A program made the position numbers and the translations under genes. DNA of 32,000 nucleotides, from assembly GCF_900232105.1 (NCBI RefSeq), contig NZ_LT934425.1, positions 2,250,001 through 2,282,000 on the forward strand, in the 5' to 3' direction. The notes under the pieces were generated by a model. The model was not told the origin of the DNA. It saw only the letters and a program-made list of their open reading frames with translations, and made no database searches. Origin of the DNA: Candidatus Kuenenia stuttgartensis (lineage in GTDB: Bacteria > Planctomycetota > Brocadiia > Brocadiales > Brocadiaceae). Below, piece after piece: positions 25,756-32,000 of the stretch. How positions within the stretch are numbered: the stretch's first letter is position 1; each line of letters opens with the position of its first letter.

Positions 25756-25823
25756 CCATATTTTACCCATCGACGCGCCTCTTATCCCGCAAACGCACCA
25801 ATGAGCGTTCCCACTCATGGCTT

Positions 25824-25889
25824 GTTCAAGTTTGCAACTTGAACCTCACGTTTTATATTGTTCCTGCCTGCTGGCAGGGGGATTTTGTC
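25824..25889 (+). terminator. two tandem hairpins downstream of the cupin-SHOCT gene (possible terminator)
   Basis: GTTCAAGTT-TGC-AACTTGAAC (25824-25844) with a T-run from 25851. CCTGCC-TGCT-GGCAGG (25863-25878) followed by GGGATTTTG. Neither is a textbook terminator. Confidence 0.35.
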
Positions 25890-25979
25890 ATTAAATATAG
25901 TCAAACAAGTCAGGTTTTTGAAACTTAAACCGGCAAATGCAGGCGATTCGCACTACATTTTTAGAAAATCAGAAGCTTT

Positions 25980-26255
25980 GTAACACTTTAGTTTTTTGAA
26001 AAATTCCCGGGATAGGAAAAATACCATGTAGCCCCGTCAGGGGCGGTCTGTTTGTAGCGCAATAAAATTCAATAAGGTAAATAGCTCCGTAGGAGCGGCC
26101 TGTCCATATTCAGGCAGACCTGTTTAATATGGATTTACAAGAGACAGGTCGCTCCTAACGGAGCTAATATCTGTTATAATATCCTATTTTGCTACAAACA
26201 GGCTGCTCCTACGGAGCTTATAGGTAATACGTTTTTCAAAAGACTAAAATGTTAC
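25980..26255 (+). mobile_element. complete 276-bp MITE-like foldback element with candidate 8-bp target-site duplication
   Basis: TIRs are GTAACACTTTAGTTTTTTGAAAAA (25980-26003) and TTTTTCAAAAGACTAAAATGTTAC (26232-26255). Flanking direct repeats GAAGCTTT lie at 25972-25979 and 26256-26263. The interior is a long imperfect palindrome with three copies of a roughly 21-nt subrepeat (26084-26104 inverted; 26143-26164 and 26198-26217 direct) and a central hairpin CCATATTCAGG/CCTG..AATATGG. Confidence 0.75.
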
Positions 26256-26422
26256 GAAGCTTTTGGCTATACATATCGCAGCAAAGCCGTAACCAAAAAG
26301 GATTTAACCACAAAGGGCCTAGCGCGGCCTTTGGCCGCAACCAAAAAGGTGATTTTTAGTTTATTATAAAGTATAGTAGTATCCTCGTAAATAGTAATCA
26401 GACAATTTGGAGGACACTACTT

Positions 26423-27979
26423 ATGAATAAGTTGATGGAATTATATCGAGACAGGATCGTGGGTGCAATAAGCGGTCTGGACAGGATTCGTTTTCGCGGG
26501 ACATTGCGGTGGTTGGCCAGTGAGCGTGGGATGGGAACATTCATGAACCAAGCGAGAATTCTGCTTAAGGATTTTTCCGGTTGGGTCAATGGGCTTACGG
26601 CACAGGTGCGAGACAGTTGTGAATCGCGGGCGAAAGATTTGGGTATCGAGGTGCGGTATTTGATGAGCAGCGGTGTTGATAAGGAGAAGTTGGCTCGCCA
26701 GATCGCGGCGGATAAGAGGATTACGGAAGGTTCCATCTGCCTGTTGAGTGTGGTAGAGCCTTGTATTGCGCCGATGGTCAAGGGCAACAAGGCCAGCAAG
26801 AAGCTCGAGTTGGTAATGGCGCCCCGCAAGTGTGTCTTTGTGTATCATTATTTTAATGATCCAGTGTTTGGTTTTGGTCATGTTCGTATCCAGAGTTGGG
26901 CGCCGTTTAATATTTTCATTTGTCTCAATGGTCGTCATTGGCTGGAGCGGCAACTTCAGAAGCAAGGTATTGATTATGTTAAGGACGGCAACTGTTTTGT
27001 GCGTATAGAGGATATTGCGGCTGCGCAGGTTCTGCTCCATGAGCAGCTTAAGACTGACTGGGCGAAGCTGCTGAACGGGCTTGCGTTGGGCAGTTGCCCG
27101 GCATTGTCGCAGATTCTTCGTCCGTTGGAACCGGAGTATTACTGGTCTGCGGATGAGACGGAGTGGGCGACGGACATCATGTTTAAATCGGTTGAGGCAT
27201 TGGAGGAGTTGTTTCCATCGTTTGTTCATCATGCGATGCGGGTTTGCGACAGTTCTTCGGTGATGAAGTATTTGGGTAGGCGTAACCTTGCAGGCGCTGC
27301 CCCTGATGAGGTTATCAGCGACTATCGAAGACGCTATGAAGGTATACGGGTCAAGCACAGTGTGAATTATAATTCAGTGAAGATGTATAACAAGAGCGGT
27401 AGTCTCTTGCGTATTGAGACAACGATCAATAATACGCGGGACTTTAAGGTCTTTCGGAGTCCCAATGATGATGAAGGCAAACCGGCGTCATGGCAGAAGA
27501 TGCGTAAGGGCGTAAGCGATCTTCATCGACGGTGTGAGGTGAGCCAACAATGCAATGATCGTTATGGGGATGCTTTGGCGGCGGCTCAGGTAGAGGAGAA
27601 ACTGAAAGAAGTGGTGAGCAGCGCTTGTAACAAGGTTGTCAAAGAGGGCAAGAGGTATCGAGGTTTGAATCCCTGGCAGCAGGATGATTACCAGATGCTG
27701 ATGTTCCTGTCCAAAGGCGAAAACGCGATAAATGGATTCCGCAACCATGATTTGCGTAAGTGGCTTTACCGGGAATCCGAACAATCCGGCAAGGATCAGC
27801 AAAAGAAATATTCCGGACGAACGACCCGACGGATAAAGATGCTGCGGGCACACGGTCTAATCCGCAAAGTTCCGAGGGCCAACCGCTATGTTTTGACGGA
27901 GAAAGGCCAGAAGTTCTCTTGTTCACTGATGACCGCTTCAGCCCTTGATATTAAAGCACTTACGGAAATGGCGGCATGA
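26423..27979 (+). CDS. uncharacterised 518-aa protein with C-terminal winged-helix-like motif; compositionally foreign, possibly mobile-element encoded
   Basis: A long ORF whose sampled lines are 53-58% GC, against 32-42% elsewhere. SD GGAGGA precedes the ATG. The C-terminus RRIKMLRAHGLIRKVPRANRYVLTEKGQKF looks like a wHTH. Bracketed by MITEs. No transposase family could be assigned by eye. Confidence 0.8.
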   Translation: MNKLMELYRDRIVGAISGLDRIRFRGTLRWLASERGMGTFMNQARILLKDFSGWVNGLTAQVRDSCESRAKDLGIEVRYLMSSGVDKEKLARQIAADKRITEGSICLLSVVEPCIAPMVKGNKASKKLELVMAPRKCVFVYHYFNDPVFGFGHVRIQSWAPFNIFICLNGRHWLERQLQKQGIDYVKDGNCFVRIEDIAAAQVLLHEQLKTDWAKLLNGLALGSCPALSQILRPLEPEYYWSADETEWATDIMFKSVEALEELFPSFVHHAMRVCDSSSVMKYLGRRNLAGAAPDEVISDYRRRYEGIRVKHSVNYNSVKMYNKSGSLLRIETTINNTRDFKVFRSPNDDEGKPASWQKMRKGVSDLHRRCEVSQQCNDRYGDALAAAQVEEKLKEVVSSACNKVVKEGKRYRGLNPWQQDDYQMLMFLSKGENAINGFRNHDLRKWLYRESEQSGKDQQKKYSGRTTRRIKMLRAHGLIRKVPRANRYVLTEKGQKFSCSLMTASALDIKALTEMAA

Positions 27980-28044
27980 AAAACACGCATAAAAAACAAG
28001 AAATTGATGGATAGTAGTACAAAGAAAAACTTACGAAAAAAAAG

Positions 28045-28195
28045 GTAACAATTTAGTCTTTTGAAAAATTCCAATAATAGCGATGTTTGCCGCATAATGT
28101 AGGGGCGAAGCATTTGCTGTAAATTGTCATAAATACATTCATACCCAAACGGGCAAATGCTTCGCCCCTGGTTTTTCAAAAAACTAAAGCGTTAC
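28045..28195 (+). mobile_element. complete 151-bp MITE-like element (TIRs plus internal 19-bp-arm palindrome)
   Basis: GTAACAATTTAGTCTTTTGAAAAA (28045-28068) and TTTTTCAAAAAACTAAAGCGTTAC (28172-28195). Internal GTAGGGGCGAAGCATTTGC (28099-28117) pairs with GCAAATGCTTCGCCCCT (28153-28169). No obvious target-site duplication. Confidence 0.75.
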
Positions 28196-28849
28196 AACCC
28201 GACAGAACCCATCAATAAGTATTTCCCGCTAAAACGTTGTAACTCCTAATTAGGAAACCTGTTTCCGGCGTACATCTTTCTGGCATACATTTCGCTCATT
28301 TATCACACCTGACGTCTGTTTAAATTGAGTTACCTATCCTGCCAATACTTTTGCGTTTGATATTTTATTGCGAATAAAATATATATATCCCGAAAAATAT
28401 CAATGTGAAGCGATTCTTCTTTGTTTTTGGCCGTACGAAAAAGCGGTAAGTTACAGACCAATACATTGAAGGCGTCATTGGTGCATATAGCGTAATAATT
28501 GGTGGAAATCATTTAGGAAACTGGCTGAAATCTTACGTTCGCTTCATGTGCATTTTATTTTTTGAAAGGAGAGTTTGTATTTTTTTATGAGAGATTTGTA
28601 TTCGATCTTTAAAACAATGTAACGGTGTAAGCATAAGGTGAATAGCATGGCGTATTTGTTATAACATGCTTCTTTATTCAGCTTATGCGGTAAAATGGCA
28701 AGGGAAAATGTTGAATGCGCGGCACACTTGATTTTTCTGGAATTTGCAGTAACAGTGATAATTGTGAAGAAATATCATTGTATTTGGGGAATTTGTAATC
28801 AAGAGCAGAAACCAATATTGTATATTTAAGAAAGGGGGACAAGCAAGTG

Positions 28850-30607
28850 ATGAAAAAACTGACATTAGTATTGTATATTTTTTTTATTGGCCTCATAAGT
28901 TTTCTGTTTATAGAGGGAACAAAGGTTCATGCAAGTGCACTGTTTGAGGATGAATTTGATGGGAAATCTCTGGAAAATTCATGGATTATATTACGTGAAA
29001 ATCAAAGTGATATTAGTCTTACCGAAAGCCCGGGGCATTTAAGGATTATATCCAAGGCTGAAGACTTGTGGCAAATAAATGTTAACAACAAGATTAAACT
29101 CCTTCGCCGTGGACCACATGGCGATTTTGAAATAGTCGCCAGGTTAACGTATGATCCCAAAGAAAAGTTTCAGCAGGCAGGAATAATCCTATACGAGGAT
29201 GAGGAAAACTATGTAATGCTCACCCGCCAAAAAGATGACGCACAGCACGTCGTAATGAGCAGGTCTGTTTCTAAAACGGAAGGTGCGAAATCTGCCGCCA
29301 CATCATTGACAACGTTGTATTTAAAATTAACAAAGTCCGGGGAAAGTATTTCCGGCGCTTTCAGCACGAATGGAGAAACATGGACGACCGTAGATCACAT
29401 TTCCGGCTTACATTTTAAACATCCGCAGGTCGGCTTGGTAGGTTTTAACGCTCAACAAAAAACCACGGCCAATGCGGACTTTGATTTTTTTAAGATAAGT
29501 GCAATAGGCGGAGGGGTTGCTTCTGCAGTGGAGGAATTGCTCGAAGTAAATAAATACAACAAATCCATTCACGTTATGGCAATGTTGATGGTAGGTTTCG
29601 GATTTTTAATGGTCTACGTAAAAAGATATGGCTGGGGGGCTGCTACCGCCACCTATATTGCCGTGAGTTTTGTTATTCCTTACTACATGTACTTAAAATC
29701 AAAGGGGCTATTCGGAGAGGTAGCGGAATTTCAAATAGACCGTTTAATCCTCGCGGAATTCTGTGCGGCGTCCATGCTTATTGCAATGGGGGCATATTTG
29801 GGAAGATTAAAAATGTCTCAGTATATTATTGCGGCATTGTTGTTTGTTCCTTCCTATATGCTTAACGAATGGATTATGTTAGACGATGGAATGGGTTTGA
29901 TACCAAAGGGGAAGCTCATTGATACGGGCGGGTCGATAGTTATCCATCAGTTTGGTGCATATTTTGGATTGGGCGTAATAATAAGGATGACCACAAAGGA
30001 AGACTTCTCGAAAGGTATTGAGTCCGATAAGATAAGCAATCAGTATTCGATGCTTGGAAGTATGGTGCTGTGGATATTCTGGCCATCGTTTTGTGCGGCA
30101 GCCGCCGAGGCGTCACAAATGGTTACTGCGGCGATAAACACTATTCTTTCCTTATGTGCCGCAACAATTTCTACTTATCTTGCGACAACGTTGATTCGAA
30201 AGAAAATCGTTATTGAAGATATGGCAAATGCCGCACTTGCCGGCGGTGTGGCTATCGGTTCTTCTTGTGCTCATACAACGCCAAGGGCAGCGCTGATGCT
30301 AGGTTTCATAGCCGGTATTTTGAGTGTCATTGGCTTTGCACTCATACAACCACGGCTTCAGAAAATGATTAAGGGTATTGATACCTGCGGCGTTCATAAC
30401 CTTCATGGTATGCCTGGTATATTGGGTGGTCTGGCAGCAATTTTTATGGCAGGCAGCGCAGTGCCGGGATTGCAGATAAAGGGGGTTGTTATAACCTTTG
30501 TCGTGGCCATTATTACCGGGCTTGCAAGCGGGACGGTGGTTTCTCTGTTTGGCCACAGAAGAGATTCTTACAATGATGAAGAAGAATTTGTAGTGGAAGC
30601 CCACTAA
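28850..30607 (+). CDS. fusion protein: signal/TM anchor + ConA-like (DUF1349 / GH43-C-like) domain + Rh-type ammonium channel
   Basis: N-terminal hydrophobic LTLVLYIFFIGLISFLFI. Residues about 30-225, FEDEFDGKSLENSWIIL...PGHLRII...DFEIVARL...QQAGIILYEDEENYVMLTR...FSTNGETWTTV, match the ConA-like lectin/glucanase pattern. Then Rh signatures HQFGAYFGLG, WIFWPSFCAA and DTCGVHNLHGMPGILGGLAAIF. The start is ATG 28850 or GTG 28847; the SD GGGGGA lies at 28834-28839. Confidence 0.8.
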   Translation: MKKLTLVLYIFFIGLISFLFIEGTKVHASALFEDEFDGKSLENSWIILRENQSDISLTESPGHLRIISKAEDLWQINVNNKIKLLRRGPHGDFEIVARLTYDPKEKFQQAGIILYEDEENYVMLTRQKDDAQHVVMSRSVSKTEGAKSAATSLTTLYLKLTKSGESISGAFSTNGETWTTVDHISGLHFKHPQVGLVGFNAQQKTTANADFDFFKISAIGGGVASAVEELLEVNKYNKSIHVMAMLMVGFGFLMVYVKRYGWGAATATYIAVSFVIPYYMYLKSKGLFGEVAEFQIDRLILAEFCAASMLIAMGAYLGRLKMSQYIIAALLFVPSYMLNEWIMLDDGMGLIPKGKLIDTGGSIVIHQFGAYFGLGVIIRMTTKEDFSKGIESDKISNQYSMLGSMVLWIFWPSFCAAAAEASQMVTAAINTILSLCAATISTYLATTLIRKKIVIEDMANAALAGGVAIGSSCAHTTPRAALMLGFIAGILSVIGFALIQPRLQKMIKGIDTCGVHNLHGMPGILGGLAAIFMAGSAVPGLQIKGVVITFVVAIITGLASGTVVSLFGHRRDSYNDEEEFVVEAH

Positions 30608-30636
30608 GAGTGCTGCCGGAGAAGATATATTTATAT

Positions 30637-30680
30637 AGACCTCCTGCGTTTAATAAAACGCAAGAGGTCTTTTATTTTTA
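30637..30680 (+). terminator. Rho-independent terminator after the Rh fusion gene
   Basis: AGACCTCCTGCGTTT-AATA-AAACGCAAGAGGTCT pairs at 14 of 15 positions (30637-30670) and is followed by TTTATTTTT (30671-30679). Confidence 0.8.
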
Positions 30681-30690
30681 AGGAAAACAT

Positions 30691-31701
30691 ATGAATAAAA
30701 TAATTGAATGTGTGCCTAATTTTAGCGAAGGAAAAGATCCCCGGAAAGTAGCAAAAATTGCAGATGCGGTTCAAAGGGTTAAGGGGGTGAAATTGCTGAA
30801 CGTCGAATCTGATCCGGACTATAACCGCACGGTAATTACCTTTGCGGGAGAGCCGGAAGCAGTAAGGGACGCTGCATTTTCTGCAATAGAAACGGCAGCG
30901 AACGTTATTGATATGACACTGCAAAAAGGGGAACATCCGCGTATTGGCGCAACAGATGTTTGCCCTTTTGTTCCCGTGGCAAACATTACCATGTCTGAAT
31001 GCGTTAAAATCGCACATTTATTAGGTAAGGATGTTGGAGAAAGGATTGGTATTCCCGTGTATCTTTACGCGGAGGCGGCAAATGTACCCCGACGTTATTT
31101 GCTCCCGGACATACGGAAAGGCGAATATGAAGGCCTTTCAAAAAAAATGAACGATGCGGAATGGCGGCCTGATTACGGCCCTTCAGTATTTAACGACCGT
31201 GTGAAAAAAACAGGCGCCACGGTGATTGGCGCGCGGGAATTTTTAATTGCTTACAATGTGAATCTTGATACTGACGATATTTCCGTTGCCAATACTATTT
31301 CAGGGATGATCCGGTCTTCGGGGAGAATGAAATTGAATGAAAAAGGGGAAAAGGAGCGTGTTGCCGGTACGCTGAAATTCGTTCAGGCAATGGGCGTGGA
31401 TTTAAAGGAATACAAAATTACTCAGGTATCCACCAACATCCTGAATTATAAAGTAACCCCGCCGCATGTTGTTTTTGAAGAGATAAAGAAACTTGCAAAC
31501 GTTTATGGCGTAAACGTCCGTGGCAGCGAGGTTATCGGCCTTATACCAAAAGGCGCTATTATTGAGGCAGGACGTTTTTATTCTTCGGAAGAAAATGAAC
31601 AAAACCTTGTCAACGTTGCAGTAGAAAAACTGGGATTAAGCCAGCTCAATAAATTTGTACCGGATAAAAAAGTTGTTGAGTATATGCTTGGACTGAATTG
31701 A
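30691..31701 (+). CDS. ftcD: glutamate formimidoyltransferase
   Basis: 336 aa. N-terminal IIECVPNFSEGKD, SDPDYNRTVITFAGEP and EHPRIGATDVCPFVP are hallmark formiminotransferase motifs. No cyclodeaminase domain. Confidence 0.85.
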   Translation: MNKIIECVPNFSEGKDPRKVAKIADAVQRVKGVKLLNVESDPDYNRTVITFAGEPEAVRDAAFSAIETAANVIDMTLQKGEHPRIGATDVCPFVPVANITMSECVKIAHLLGKDVGERIGIPVYLYAEAANVPRRYLLPDIRKGEYEGLSKKMNDAEWRPDYGPSVFNDRVKKTGATVIGAREFLIAYNVNLDTDDISVANTISGMIRSSGRMKLNEKGEKERVAGTLKFVQAMGVDLKEYKITQVSTNILNYKVTPPHVVFEEIKKLANVYGVNVRGSEVIGLIPKGAIIEAGRFYSSEENEQNLVNVAVEKLGLSQLNKFVPDKKVVEYMLGLN

Positions 31702-31778
31702 TAATTGATACACCGATGGATTTCGCCTGCACAAAAATAGGGATGGGCAGGCCTCTTTCGGCAAAGAGCCTGGAATTA

Positions 31779-32000
31779 TCAGACAAGATATGCGTCGATT
31801 TCTTCTTTATTGAAACCATACAATATCTTATCTTCATTAACAACGACAATGGGAAGTTTGTCGAGAGATTCTATGTCATCAGTGCCAACAATTCTTATCG
31901 CATCTTTCCTTGCGTCTTCATCCTTGTCTATATCGTAGGAAATGTAATCTGCATTTCTCTTGTTTAAGTATGCAAGCAATTGATTACATTTCGGGCAAAA
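31779..32000 (-). CDS. glutaredoxin-like protein (5' end outside window)
   Basis: The frame stays open to base 32000: FCPKCNQLLAYLNKRNADYISYDIDKDEDARKD..., with a CPxC redox motif and a Grx/NrdH-like fold pattern. The ORF-track start at 31979 is an internal TTG. Confidence 0.65.
   Translation of the reverse strand, partial: FCPKCNQLLAYLNKRNADYISYDIDKDEDARKDAIRIVGTDDIESLDKLPIVVVNEDKILYGFNKEEIDAYLV

Noticed and set aside
26084-26217. Three 21-nt subrepeats (GACAGGYYGCTCCTA(A)CGGAGC) that could look CRISPR-like
   Set aside because: One copy is inverted, only two are direct, and the spacing is irregular. All lie inside a TIR-bounded foldback element. This is MITE internal structure, not an array.
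26441-27358. 305-aa minus-strand ORF, plus the 121-aa and 95-aa ORFs at 27488-27926
   Set aside because: They are antisense to the GC-rich 518-aa gene. High GC suppresses stop codons on the opposite strand. The sequences are Arg/Pro/Leu/Thr-biased low-complexity and have no SD, so these are shadow ORFs.
31748-31772. Hairpin CAGGCCTCTTT-CGGC-AAAGAGCCTG between the convergent ftcD and glutaredoxin-like genes
   Set aside because: A plausible bidirectional terminator position. However, the stem has a bulge and neither side has an adjacent U-tract, so support is too weak to annotate.
31698-31967. 89-aa plus-strand ORF after ftcD
   Set aside because: It is antisense to the glutaredoxin-like gene, which has a CPKC motif and a coherent fold pattern. 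This is a shadow ORF.

Overview
AT-rich bacterial chromosomal window: hand counts of single 60-nt lines mostly give 32-42% GC. All domain calls are motif recognition by eye; no searches were run.

**Layout**
- **1-8.8 kb (plus strand, dense housekeeping):** the 3' end of an OMP-like gene, coaD, a YmdB-type phosphoesterase, xseA, xseB, dxs, nadK, and a four-subunit (delta-alpha-beta-gamma) 2-oxoacid:ferredoxin oxidoreductase.
- **8.9-10.3 kb:** a TetR regulator bracketed by two inverted copies of one palindromic operator, followed by a DinB-like protein.
- **10.3-13.4 kb:** an ORF-poor island holding an isolated, translationally coupled two-gene minus-strand operon. It encodes a TRAFAC-type P-loop GTPase and an unrecognisable 279-aa partner. 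This is my best candidate for an uncharacterised (possibly conflict/defence) system.
- **13.4-18.5 kb:** a five-gene exported/lipoprotein cluster (PEGA protein, CsgG-like, COG3014-like TPR lipoprotein, YcfL, LpoB-like), punctuated by repeat elements.
- **18.6-24.0 kb (minus strand):** a sigma54-dependent response regulator with an apparent CTG start, a PAS histidine kinase with a TTG start, a PK_C-like protein, a MoeB/ThiF adenylyltransferase, and a Tat-signal DUF362 gene broken by two homopolymer frameshifts.
- **24.1-25.8 kb:** a cupin lipoprotein carrying five tandem SHOCT repeats.
- **25.98-28.2 kb:** a conspicuously GC-rich 518-aa gene bracketed by two MITE-like elements in the same orientation.
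- **28.85-32.0 kb:** an unusual fusion of an exported ConA-like domain to an Rh-type ammonium channel, then glutamate formimidoyltransferase and a partial glutaredoxin-like gene.

**Repeats**
- A MITE-like family with roughly 24-bp terminal inverted repeats (GTAACACTTTAGTTTTTTGAAAAA) has five copies or remnants carrying at least one TIR end. Many copies carry a 20-bp-arm palindrome (GTAGGGGCGAAGCATTTGC...GCAAATGCTTCGCCCCTAC), which also occurs as two TIR-less fragments.
- Two smaller repeat families also recur in intergenic spacers: a GTTAAGGTAGAGA hairpin and tandem heptamer tracts.

No rRNA, tRNA or CRISPR array was seen.
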